DNA of 64,000 bases, taken from assembly GCA_026770705.1 (NCBI GenBank), contig JANJGN010000015.1, positions 81,468,001-81,532,000 of the forward strand. The letters run 5' to 3'. Positions within the stretch are counted from its first letter, which is position 1; each line of letters begins with the position of its first letter. The notes below the pieces were generated by a model, which worked only from the letters and a program-made list of their open reading frames with translations, searched no databases and was not told where the DNA came from. The DNA is from Isurus oxyrinchus. Lineage: Eukaryota. The translations under genes were made by a program, and so were the position numbers. Positions 12,375 to 24,420 of this stretch are shown one piece after another.

Positions 12375-12618
12375 AACAAAAACAGAATTACCTGGAAAAA
12401 CTCAGCAGGTCTGGCAGCATCGGCGGAGAAGAAAAGAGTTGACGTTTCGAGTCCTCATGACCCTTCGACCGAACTTCGTCATCAAGTTCTGTCGAAGGGC
12501 CATGAGGACTCGAAACGTCAACTCTTTTCTTCTCCGCCGATGCTGCCAGACCTGCTGAGTTTTTCCAGGTAATTCTGTTTTTGTTTTGGATTTCCAGCAT
12601 CCGCAGTTTTCTTTGTTT
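12375..12618. mobile_element. Penelope-like fold-back (inverted terminal) insertion
   Basis: About 100-bp near-perfect inverted arms plus T-rich tail; 14-bp TSD ttaaaatagtcctc (12361-12374, 12619-12632). Confidence 0.9.
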
Positions 12619-12999
12619 TTAAAATAGTCCTCTCCTTCTTGCACTTTGCACTAGGTGATGGGAGCACATACTTCTGACAATGAAGACTACCATAGCCAGC
12701 CTTAACATCAATGGCAGCAGGGACACACAACCCAGGTTTCATAACTTCTCGGTCCTCAGGGATGGGAAGTATGCATTGTGCATCCTGCAGGAAACCCATA
12801 CCATTCCGGGAGATAAAGCCAAGTGGCTCCTGGAGTGGCAAAGGGGGGAGAGGTTCTACTTGAGTCACCTAGATTCCAATTCTGACAGGGTGGCTATCTT
12901 GTTGGCCCCACATTTTCAGCCGGAGATCTTGGGGTCAAGAAGCCGGGCCAGGCCGTTGCTGCACCTTACCCTGCACCTAAGAGGCATGGTGCTGCACTT

Positions 13000-13400
13000 T
13001 GTGGGCACTCAGCCTGTTGAGTTGGAGCTGTGGGGGTCACAAGCAGAGGGGATTTGGATGGGCAGAACATTCCCAGATTCACCTGGGTAGATGGCCCCAG
13101 GATGTCGAGCTGCTGATCCTCGTCCCTATGGGTGCCCAATGGCCTCTGGCTGACTCCTTGAGGAGAAGTGGAAACTGGAATGAGATCAAGCTGCCCTGCA
13201 CTCCTCTTTCATTGAAACTGCTGGAGCCAACTATGGCATCAGCAATAGAGTTCAGTCTGCGCAGCAGTGCAGGAGTGATGTCCTGGACCAAGGTCTCCAT
13301 GGCAGCCGCCATCCTACCAGTGTTGATCTCGGTGCATTGCCATGCTGGTGCCATCATCTCAGCCTGAAGGTGGACAGAGTCCCCTATTGTGCCTTGCAAA
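13000..13400 (-). pseudogene. Fragment of the Harbinger second (Myb/SANT) gene, C-terminal part
   Basis: EINTGRMAAAMETLVQ resembles EVSIGRMADARETQVQ in the Harbinger Myb gene at 38178-38870. Confidence 0.55.
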
Positions 13401-14530
13401 CTGAAATGACCTTTCTTGAATTTTTCTCCCCCATCATTGAGTATTTGGGGTAAATTTGTGAAATTTCCAGGGCAACTCACTCATTTATATTTTGAGTCCC
13501 ACTCCTGACATATGCTAAATTCCCCAAACAATGGTGAAATCCGCATTTACATGGGATCCTTTAAATTCCCTGAGTGTCCATGTGTGAATATGTGGAAGTT
13601 TGCTTACATATGAATGTTTAACAGAGGTATAGTCTTTATCCCTCTTTGGTTCTCTTTTATAAATAATTGGAAGTATTTAAAGCATTTTAATTAATATCTT
13701 TATTGTTACTTTAAATTTGTTAATTGTTTAGTTTTCTGTATGCATTTAAACAAAGCTGCACTATTCTTTGGATGCTTTGAGTTATGTGTTTATGATTTTG
13801 AGCTGATTTTAACAGTGAATATTCCTTGAGTTTACATCCTGGGAATATCACATGAAGGATCTCGGCACTTTGAGTTCATAACAAGAATAAGTACTTTCAA
13901 GGCTCATGGTGCACATCTGGTTGATTGTGTTCATTTCAATTTAAGATTGTGAATCTAGATTTTAGGGAAAATTCTGCAATTTACATTTTACTTTCAAGAT
14001 GCTGGTGTGGATTTGTTTTGACGAAACCAGCTTACTTGCATAACTGTGAAAGCAGAAGCGGCTTGTTTGAAAGAAAGATAAGGTTCAACCATGAACTTAC
14101 GGTTGTTATACTGTCTGGTGGCAGTTAAATTTGAACTTGCCAAAGTGACTTGATTTGATCTGGCTTGTGAAGTTATTTTTTTCTTCAGTTAGAGTCAGTA
14201 TATTTACAATCATTTGGAAAGGTATCTGATAGAAAGAATTAAAAGAATGATTGTGTAATTTACTGAACTTTCATTGAACAGTTGCTGTTATGACTATTTT
14301 ATCTGTGCTGAATTGTATTTAGTTGATAAAACATTGGTCTTAAGTAGATTGCAAATATTGAGGTTAACTAACCTATTAAATTATGAAAACTTGACTTTGA
14401 TTTTGGTCATAATGAAATTCTGATTATTGTAAATCATGTGGAGGTCCCTAATTCAAATATGAGATTACTGCAGAGAAAAATTGGCAGTTTTGAACTTGTT
14501 AAATGCTTACTGTTTTAACATTAGGAACAG

Positions 14531-14920
14531 ATGGTGGTGTCATGGTAATGTCACTGGGCTAGTAATCTATAAACCCAAGTAAATTTTCTGGGAACTCGGG
14601 TTCAAGTCCCACCACAGTAGCTGGTGGGATTTAAATTCAATTTTCAATTAAAAGATAGTCTCAGTAATAGTGACCATGGAACTTTTGTCGATTGTCATAA
14701 AAACCCTTCTAGTTCATGAATGACCTTCAGGGAAGGAAATCTGCCATCCTTACCTAGTCTGGCCTACATGTAACTCCATACCCACAGCAATGTGGTTGAC
14801 CCCCTAACTGCCCTTTGAAAATGACCTAGCAAGCCACTCAATTCAAGACAATTAGAGATGGGCAACAAATACTGACCTTGCCAGAGACAGTGATGTACGC
14901 AACCCATGAAAGAATACGTT
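14531..14920 (+). mobile_element. Full-length tRNA-headed SINE with LINE-derived 3' tail
   Basis: tggtgtcatggt (A-box-like), ggttcaagtccc (B box); tail matches the LINE end at 2795-2860. Confidence 0.85.
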
Positions 14921-15862
14921 TTTTTAAATGTTGGAATTTCTATCTCCCTGACAACAATCTGGAGACACATTGTAGTTGGATTATATTAACCGACCGAAGA
15001 GTTAATTCCTCAGAAAGCTTTGAAAGAACTATGGGGGTTATTTTGGCCAAAAGATGGTAAATGTGTGCTGTGCTCATAAAGGAGCTGGACTGAACCCATT
15101 CAGGCTCATTCCTTTTCCTCCAAGAAGCAGTGGGCCAAACAGGGGACTGGCAGTTCTTCAGTCCTAACAGCGCCACTAGGAGTGGTAGCAACTGCTGGGA
15201 AGCTGGAGGAGCAACCATTGGGAAGGCCTGGAGTAGGGTCAGGGCTCACTGGGGCCAATCGCACAGGCCCTGTGAGGGTGAGTGAGGGATTCAGTCATGA
15301 GGGTGGGAGGGGGAAGGGCACTTCAGGCAGGGTCCACGGACCTCAGGGTGCCCATTCAGAAAAGCTCCCCCATGAGCCTGCCAGGAGGCCATTGGGGTAT
15401 ACCTGGTGGTCTCTCCAGATTTTTAGTAGACAAGTGAGTCAAGGGTTATGGGGGGCAGACGCCAAAGTGGAATTGAAACCACAACCAGATCAACCATGAT
15501 CTTATTGAATGGCAAAGAGTTGAATGGCCTACTCCTGCTCCTAAATCCTATGTTCCCAGCAGTGGCAGAAAAGCAATAGGCACGATCTCACCCGATTTTT
15601 TACCCCATCCCCTCCTCCTAGCCTGCTCCCTATGTCTCTGTAAGATCCCAACCAACCAAAGACTTAATTCCTCAAAATGTTTTAAGGAACAATGGGGGTT
15701 ATTTTGGCCAAAGGATGCTAAATGTGTGCTGTGCTGATAAAGATATTCTAAAAAAAAATACTCAGGCATGAATCATGAGTGGAGTTATTGCCACCAGATT
15801 AACAATCCTATGTTGCAAGATTAACCACAGGGAAATCCTCCAACAATCAGCATCAGCAACTA

Positions 15863-16188
15863 CAAGTCGAGTATCTTTTATCCGAAAGTAGCCCCCTTGG
15901 GGCCTACTGCATTTCAATATTCAGATAGTTTTGGTTTTCGGATCTACCATATATATGGGAGGACTAGGCATACTTACATTACAATAGCCTCAGCCTAGGC
16001 TAGCTGTAGTCTACCAATACTAGGTTGTTTTTCCATTTGCCAACTCTCACACACCCTACTTCTTACCTGTTAACACTTATTACACCTGTAACATAATATT
16101 ACATTGCTTTATTAACATACAAATTAACTGCTTAGCCATTCAAAAACTGTTCAGCTTTTGAATGTATGGATAAAGGATATTCGACCTG
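15863..16188. mobile_element. Tigger/pogo-type MITE
   Basis: TA-caagtcgagtatcttttatcc ... ggataaaggatattcgacctg-TA: imperfect TIRs with TA duplication. Confidence 0.8.
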
Positions 16189-17229
16189 TAGCATGCCAAA
16201 ATGCAAGGTGAAAATGCCCAGAAAACCAGATCTCAAACTTATTCAGTCACTTGACAATAGCATAACATGAACAGGTTAATGTGGCTCTGGCGAATCAGAA
16301 AGCCTTTTAACTCAAGGCACTGCCCATGCTCCATAGAGAAACTAATTAATTAATGAAAAAATCTGGATAAATGTTAGCACATTGGTACAGATGTCAGATG
16401 GATTCAAATTTTAAGTCGAGTGGCAATTTGGATTGGCACAATTGATGTCTTGAGAGATTATCCACAGGATGGATACAGGTAAAGGAAGAACTGGAGAATC
16501 TTTTAATATGTGCACTGTAACTTTCTATACAATGTTACATGATTTTTCTCTCTATTATGATGCATATTATTTATCAAATGAAACTTTAGATGTGTTTATG
16601 TAAATGTAGTATTTAATGTCTGTAAATTCCAAAATCAGCCAAAACGAAAATTAGTTGATCCAGAGTGATTTTCCATCTTTGATCAAAACAGAATGTCAGA
16701 ATGCTTTCAGATGAATTAAATGTTCAAGGTATTTCAGTATCTTTTCCCTGAGTATTTTTAGCGTTAGAGTAATAGTGGAGGAAAGGGATATATTAATCTT
16801 CTCTCTGTGCATGAACAACAAGAGCTTAAAAGAGTAAGGAGAACAGAATGATAAGCACCCATGTTAAAGAAGGCTCATACCCTGATAAGAGGCTTGTGCT
16901 ATACACCACATTTCACGGTCAAAGAAAAAAGGCTTTGAAATTAGTCTATCCCATTTTCTTGTGATGGGATTTGAGATTCGTGACCTGCCTAAACCTGTTG
17001 ATGTGGAGGTAGGAAGCACACAAATGTGGTGCTGCCCCCTCATTTACTTGATTGTAGCAAAAACAGGCTGTCCTGTTGGCAGCTTGAGTGCTCAGAAAGA
17101 CCCTGAGTAACATTCATAGAGAGTACATAATGTAGATAACATACTCAAGTCTACACCATTTAAAGGTAAGCTGCATTGAATTTCAGGAGGCTGCTGCTAA
17201 TTGCTGTTACTGCCATTCTAAATAAGCAA

Positions 17230-17900
17230 AGAGGAACAGCAGGAGAGGGAGAGATTCTCCCAGCCTGATGGATTTGATGCTCTAGTCATGGAAGTGGACA
17301 GGAGTAGAGGGTCCAGGAGGGCCTCAAGGTCAACTTTCAGAAAGGATTGGAAAAAGGTAGCTGGGGGTGAGGTGGGGAGGTGTCAATTCCTCGAGGACCT
17401 GGCAGCAGTGCCAAAAGAAGTCTAATGACCTCGTGTGGGTTCTCAAGATTAGTGCATGCATCTTCACACATAATGCTGTTCAATGCACCACACCCTGTCA
17501 CTCACCTAGCAGCACTCCCTGACATTCTGATTCACCACCTCCTCACACATTTCAATGATGCCAATCTCACACCCAACTCTGCTGCTTCCACATCCCAGCT
17601 ATTTGGCTGTGGCAGGCACATCCACCAAACACAGAACAAGATGACACAAATTAAAAGTTGCTGAGCACAGCTGCTGGGGGACAAGGACATAAGTATCGCC
17701 TGAGCCCCATGGAGGAGATGGCTTTCAGCATGTTGGGGCTGGCAGTGCCAGAGTTCAAGTTATCCAGTGTCACTGAGAACATAGAGGATAACGCTATGTT
17801 CTTGCCTGGAAACCTTCCCAACTCCCAGCTCACCTTCATGCTGCTGTCTGGCATGATGAGAAAGCGGCAGATGGTGTGACCATAGACTTCTTTCCTCCCC
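17230..17900 (+). pseudogene. Harbinger Myb/SANT-like gene remnant
   Basis: RTWQQCQKKSNDL trihelix motif near 17395-17435; downstream LSPMEEMA segment. Confidence 0.6.
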
Positions 17901-18336
17901 ATCTCCTTCACCCCAACCTTCCAGATTGAGTAACATCATGACATCACTGGTTTGGAGGCTACTGGTGCATGCATGGGATGCTGTGGGCATACCCTTCCCA
18001 GTATTGGGTACCCTGGTCATGCTGGAAGCACAGCACACCCCACAGGGATAGCTTCTAGCTTTAGTAGCACAATCTCCAACAGCATTACAGATCCAAACTT
18101 ACACATTTACAGAATAAAAATCAAAGTTGTAGAAGAGATGCAGAGATTAGAAGTAGGGAAAACACCTAACAATGTGGCTTTAGCAAAACATGTTACTATA
18201 TATAGGCATGGGCCCTGCTCAAGGTTGTAATCCCCTCAAGGACAGAACATGGTCAGGAACCACACAGCCATGTGGATAGCTTGGAGGACTGGAACAGCTC
18301 ATCCACAGCTGGTAAACCAGGCTGTATTGTCCCTGT

Positions 18337-18474
18337 TCTGTCGAAGGGTCATGAGGACTCGAAACGTCAACTCTTTTCTTCTCCGCCGATGCTGCCAGAC
18401 CTGCTGAGTTTTTCCAGGTAATTCTGTTTTTGTTTTGGATTTCCAGCATCCGCAGTTTTGTTTTGTCTTTATCT
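18337..18474 (+). mobile_element. Penelope-like 3' terminus, single arm
   Basis: Near-identical to the arm at 12489-12618; 15-bp TSD ctgtattgtccctgt (18322-18336, 18475-18489). Confidence 0.9.
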
Positions 18475-19041
18475 CTGTATTGTCCCTGTGTTGCTCAGAG
18501 TGCTCTCAGGGTCAGTCGGAATCCCATAGCCATGCAGGCAGCCAAGAGACCCAAAAGTGATCACTCTGGGCTTAGGAATCAGATTGTATTATTTGCATGT
18601 CATCTTGTCATTCAATATAACACTGTAGAACTATTAGCCGATGCTGTTGTTGGTCAATGTAGTAAAGCTTTCATAAAAAACACTCAGGTGTGAATCATGC
18701 ACGAAGTGTTATTGTCATCAGACTAGCAATTCTGTGCTGCGATGGTAATATTGCTCAGTCACACCACAGCAAAAATCAACCAAACCTGTTATGCAATTTG
18801 GTTTACAGATCACAGTACAAGCACTGAAAAATTCAATTAATATTCATTTGCCTCTGCTCCGTGACTCAATCTCCAGCCCAGTGTGATACTAAGCATCCAG
18901 GAGATTCCAGATTCCATTTGCCAGTAATTTGCTGATCAATAGTAGGGGATTATCAATATCCTCAGCTCTCTTGGGCTTGGGAAGGGGAGAATTGGCCAGG
19001 GTGCCTGCTCCTGTTGACTATTTGCTAACACCAAAATCTAC

Positions 19042-19174
19042 CTTTGTAGATTCATCCTGCACATGAAAGGTGAGCACTGGAACATCTTGAGGCACCAGCT
19101 CATGCGGAACTTGAGCATTCCATGAGTCTGCACCTTTGTGGCCTTTTGCAGACAGTGCTTTGCCCTCTGTATTT
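19042..19174 (-). CDS. Candidate internal host exon (133 nt), product unknown
   Basis: Acceptor tttctgttcttactttctaacag, donor AAG|gtagat; open frame NTEGKALSAKGHKGADSWNAQVPHELVPQDVPVLTFHVQDESTK; not recognised as a repeat. Confidence 0.45.
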
Positions 19175-19579
19175 CTGTTAGAAAGTAAGAACAGAAACAT
19201 TCCTTCATTTAGGATAACACAATAACAGCACTAATGTTCCACAATTTTGTTGTGACATCACCAGTGTTTAGTTCCTTAACCAGATAAAAAACATAACAAT
19301 ACTTTGATTTATACAATGTTATTTGTATATAAACACACAATTGTAATGTCTGAGTGTTCCAAAATCACTCTTTCAGTGAAGTACCAATCCAATTATTATT
19401 TCAGACCATTCTAATGAATAGAGAAATTCCTGCTGTTCTTCCATATTGAGTGAAGTTGTAATTGATGCTTTTACCCTCCAATCAATATAATGTCCTTTGA
19501 AGAAAGGCCTTTATTATCATTTATTTGAAAGTGATTTGGAGTTCGTTTTTTGGATTTTAATAGATGTGGGACAAAACAA

Positions 19580-20810
19580 GACTGAGAACTATGTGGATAG
19601 CACATTTAGGCAGGTTAAGAGCGTATAGGCAGAGAGGGAATGGATGACCTCCAGACAGCCTAGGAGGACCAAGCAGGTAGTGCAGGAGTCCCCTGAGTCC
19701 ATCTCACTCACCAATTGGTTTTCTGATTTTGATACTGGTGAGGGTGATGGTTCCTCAGAGGAGTGCAGCCAGCGCTAAGTCTGTGGCACCATGGGTAGCT
19801 CAGCTGTACAGGAGGGGAAGAACAAGAATGGAAGAGCAATTGTGGTAGGTGATTCAATAGTTAGGGAACATACAGGCATTTCTGTGGTCATAGACATGAC
19901 TCAAGGATGGTATGTTGCCTCCCTGGTGCCAGGTTCAAAGATGTCACTGAGTGGCTTCAGGATATTCTTATGAGGGAGGGTGAACAGCCAGGATTGTGGT
20001 CCACATTAGTACCATTGACATAGGTAGAAAGGGGGATGAGGTCCTGAAAGTAGATTTAAGAGAGCTAGGAAAGAGATTAAAAAGGCGGACTTCAAAGGCA
20101 GTAATTTTAGGATTACTGCAGTGCCACATGCTAGTGAATATAGAAATAGAACAAAGAACAAAGAAAAGTACAGCACAGGAACAGGCCCTTCAGCCCTCCA
20201 AGCCTGTGCCGATCATGTTGCCCATCATCTAAAACATTTTGCACTTCCAGGGTCCATATCCCTCTATTCCCATCCTATTTATGTATTTGTCAAGCTGCTT
20301 CTTAAACAGCACTATTGTACCTGCTTCCACCACCTCCTCTGGCAGCAAATTCCAGACACTCACTACCCTCTGCGTAAAAAACTTGCCCCACACATCTCCT
20401 CTATAGTTTTGGCCTCTCACCTTAAATCTATGTCCCCTAGTAATTGATTCTTTCACCCTGGGAAAAAGCTTCTGACTATCTACTCTGTCCATGCCACTCA
20501 TAATTTTGTAAACTTCTATCAAGTGGCCCCTCAATCTCTGTCGCTGTAGTGAGAACAATCCGAGTTTCTCCAACCTTTCCTCATAGCTAATAACCTCCAG
20601 ATCAGGCAGCATCCTGGTAAACCTCATCTGCACCCTCTCCAATGCTTCCATATCCTTCTGATAATGTGGTGACCATAATTGCACGCATTAAATAGCTAGG
20701 TAAAGCAAATGAATGCCTGGCTGGAGATAGTGCAGAAAGGAGGACTTTAGATTTTTGAGGCACTAGGCTGGTTCTGGGGCAGGGGGGACCTTAACAAAGC
20801 GGCAGGCTAT
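19580..20810 (+). mobile_element. CR1 ORF1 (SGNH esterase) fragment
   Basis: AIVVGDSIVR and VVHISTIDIGRK motifs; interrupted at 20147-20688. Confidence 0.8.
20147..20688 (-). mobile_element. CR1 3' end
   Basis: QLWSPHYQKDMEALERVQMRFTRMLP; short agaacaaa repeat tail. Confidence 0.9.
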
Positions 20811-20819
20811 GACTTAGCA

Positions 20820-23800
20820 CAGCCATTTGAAAATTTTGAATATCCATAAAGAGGCTAGCATGGAGAGTTGAGGAAAAAGCAATTCCAGAGGTATCGAGTG
20901 GTGTCGGGTTTGCATGCCAAAGAGCAGCAGCACCAGGCTAATACATTCCTGTATGCAGTGGGACCCATTGTGATGGTGTCCTCCTAGGGCAAGGCCCTCT
21001 GCAGATTTTGAAACTGTCCTCAAAGCATTCAATGCACATGTTAACCCAAAATGGAACCTCATAATTGAACGACCACGATTCAATCAGAGATCCAAAAGGC
21101 CAGGGGAATCCACTGAATTGTTCTTTACAGACCTGTATACGTTAGCCAGATTTTGTGGGCATGGTGCATTAAAAGTCAAACTTATTCACGACTGCAACGA
21201 AAATCTGACAGATTTTTCTTGCAGACAAAATATCACCTAATACTCAAACAAGCAGTTCAACATGCCAAACAGATCAAACTAAGGGAGCAAAGTTGTGCCA
21301 TAATCCATGGAAATATTGAGGTTTTGGATGAGTCTGTTTGTTGGATAGGCCCAAAGGTGGCAGCCCTGCCCACTCAAAGGCCCGCCAAATCAGAGGAAAA
21401 AGCGGGTAAACCTACAGCAGCCATTTTAAAGTGCCTATGCAATCTAGTTAAAAAGCACACTGAAGGCAAGATTGTCCAGCAGTGGGCACAAAATGTTTCC
21501 AATGTAGAAAGACAGGACACTTCAAACAGTTCTGTAAATCTAAATATGAAATTAAGGGAAGAAAGCAAGAGAAAAGCAGACAACCCAGGAAATTGGGAAT
21601 AAGAAAAGAGATGGGAATATAGATTTCCTTGGGGAAGTGAAGGGTCAAGAATAAAAGCTCTGGTCAGTTGCTTTAGAAGTTAAAAGCTTTAAAATTGAGT
21701 TCAACTTTGGTACTGGTGCCAGTGTTACAATACTACATGACCATTCGGAATGGCTCAAAGCAGTAGACATCCAACCATCAAGAATTAAATTGCAAGGCCC
21801 AGGTGGTATGGATATTCAAGAAAAAGGTTAGATAACTGCCATTCAGACAGAATCACAAAATTGTTATGGTACAGAAGGAGGCCATTTGGCCATCGTGTCA
21901 ACACCAGCTCTCTGAGCATTTTAACTTAGTGCCAACCTCCTGCCTTTTCCCCATAACCCTGCATATTATTTCTTTTAAAATAATCATCCAATGCCCTCTT
22001 GAATTCCTCAATCAAACCTGCTTCCACCACACTTCCAGACAGACACCCTTAACCACAAGGGGTTTGAGATTACCAAGACCTTCTACATCCCGAACAATGA
22101 AAGCACATCTTTACTGAGCAGAAATGCATGTATACAACTGAGTCTCTGGAAAAGGTAAACAAAGTCCTACAGCAGGACAGCCGGGTACCATTCAGGGAGG
22201 AATTTCCAAGGTTGGATGACAAACCGATGGATTTTGATTCAGCAGCAGCTGGTGAGGTTTATTCATTGAGCACTGGGGCATTCTTTATTACAGAAGCACC
22301 ATCCACTGAACCCCAGGAGAAGATTGCTGATCTCTCAGTTCTTTTCGTATTCCGGTTAGAAGGCATGGAAATAAAAGGCACTGAAGCAGATGGTGACCAT
22401 CTGCTAGAGGAGCTTCTAGACCTAGCTTGGTTTGTTCCTGACAAAGATTATAGCAATGGATGATCCATTGGAGGATGAGGTGCTAAACCTCATTACCCTT
22501 TTTGAATCTACTGCCAAAGCATATGAAATCTCTGTTGTATTTTTTGAGGAATCAGCTATTGATGAGCTGAATTTGTTTATTTGTCCCACTGAACCCACCA
22601 ATGAGATGCATTGTATATTGCTGAGTGACCAAGGTGAGCTGACCAGGGAAAACCAAATGCTTGATTCCAAGTTAGATCAAACTGCCAGAGTGAAGGTAGC
22701 GCCTATTAGTTTGTATGCAAGTGAGTTGACACCCATACCTCAATCTCTTCAACAAGTCATCCTACCACTAAAGTCATCCTTCAGTGCAGAATCAGCGCCC
22801 AAAACTACAGAGCTTCAACAGCTGATGAGTCCTATACAGGAATTTCATCTAGATTCAGCTCTGGAGATTCATTCAATTTTTGAAGATGGTGTAGCCTCAC
22901 CTTGTTATGCTGATACAGTCATCCCATTGCTTACAGTGGAGCATCCCCATGCTGAAGCAAGCATGGAAATGTTACTGCTGTCTACAGAAAGTGTAACCAG
23001 AATCCTAAGTGTAGTAGAGAAGTTGTATTTTCTTCATATCCTGCCATGTCTACATGATTTTCATCATTCTTCTCCTCTTCCAGATTTTTTCAAATCTCAG
23101 ATATTGAATACCTTTTTCATCTCAATGCAACAGTGAATGATAAAGCTGTGAAATTCTTCAACAAGGTTGAAGAAACTGCATCTCCTCAGGTCTTTCTCCA
23201 GTATGTTAAGAAGGAGCAGAAGATTCCAGAGAAAGTTTGTCCTCTTCCTGTTCAGGAGAGTGTGATTGTCCATATCCTGAAATCTTATCACTTGAATTGG
23301 TCTTTCATTGAAAAGGTTTTACGAACCATACAATTTAGTCACCACAGAGATCGCAGCCCAGTTACCAGCAGTCATGGAAAGCTGCTATCTCACTCTGTCT
23401 GTGTTTTTCTTCCAGGGAAAAGACGAGCGATCGCATATGTCCACAATGTTGTTCAAAAGAGCTGAGAACACGGTTGGAGACTGAAACTCTTTATGATAGT
23501 GATTCGGAGCGGTGGAAGGGTAGGAGTTTGATTGAATCTGTAACAGTACAGGAAGTTTACAGAAGCTCAGAAATGTAATGCAAATACTTTAGAATTGGTA
23601 TTAAAATAGTTGAGATTATACTTGAGGGGAAATGTGGAACAATGGGTTAATAGTTATGGTAATGAGATAGTGATGTGCACCATAATGTAACAGTCACATC
23701 AGCAGTCATGTGCAAGAGACTGAGAAGCGGAGATGGAATAGTCAGTACAGAGAAAGATGTACTTACCTAGAAGCTTAGAATGTACTTTTGTGTAAATCAA

Positions 23801-23880
23801 GGAGTTTTTGAAGAAACCCACTGAAGTTAGACCTTAGTCACTCTTAAGTAGTGGGAAACCTTCCCAATCTAGAACAGGCC
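20820..23880 (+). mobile_element. Gypsy-derived element: gag and protease remnants, unassigned internal ORFs, PPT and putative 3' LTR
   Basis: gag FETVLKAFNAHVNPKWNLIIERPRFNQR..PGES; protease-like FGTGASVT near 21705; gaggggaaa followed by tgtgg near 23624-23637; no RT or integrase core seen. Confidence 0.65.
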
Positions 23881-23929
23881 ACAAGTTACACAAAGAGAGT
23901 ATTCAAAGTGGAAACCAAATCACAAACCA

Positions 23930-24420
23930 GTAGGATGCAAGAGACCAGTCAGGAGTGCACTGCAATATTCATGTTGAGAGGTAACAAATGAGATGGGAAA
24001 AGTCGGGCGATATAGAGGTGGAAATGTTCTGTCATTGTGATGGCATGAATATGAGGCAGAAGCTCATCTCGGGATCAAATGTGACACCAAGTTTACGAAC
24101 AAACTGGCTTAATTTCAGACTGTTGCCTATAAGAGGGACAGAGTTAGTAGCTGGAGAACAGAGTTTGGAGCCAAGACCAAAAAAATGGCTTCAGTCTTCC
24201 CAATATTTAATTGGAAGAAATTTCTTCTCATCCAGTACTGAACATTGGTAGATAACCTGGTAACATGAAAATACTGGAGGAGTTGAGAGAGGTGGCGGTG
24301 AGGTAGAGCTGGGTGTCATCAGCATACATGAGAAAATTAATGCTGTGCTTTCAGATGATGTTGCCAAGGGGAAGTTTGTAGATGAGAAATAAGAGGAAGT
24401 CAAGGATAGTTCCTGAATAA
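23930..24420 (-). mobile_element. L2-type LINE RT fragment
   Basis: Reverse strand reads HMYADDTQLY (gtagagctgggtgtcatcagcatacatg on the plus strand). Confidence 0.75.

Larger units (their letters stand above)
9430..13000 (+). mobile_element. L1/Tx1-clade LINE 5' half: ORF1 with zinc knuckle and start of ORF2 endonuclease
   Basis: ORF1: VVGPSAIDAASHMYGKAAF and CHACKEVGHTQKNC (CX2CX4HX4C); ORF2 at 12680: MKTTIASLNINGSR...LQETH (APE endonuclease); truncated near 13000; 5' limit approximate. Confidence 0.85.

Noticed and set aside
12388-12644. Recurrent small ORFs such as MLEIQNKNRITWKNSAGL and MLPDLLSFSR (also near 18219, 27787, 28620, 30482)
   Set aside because: Translations of the non-coding Penelope terminal repeat
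14531-14620. tRNA genes (also at 2080-2156, 32411, 58497)
   Set aside because: Only A/B-box heads of SINEs; no complete cloverleaf seen
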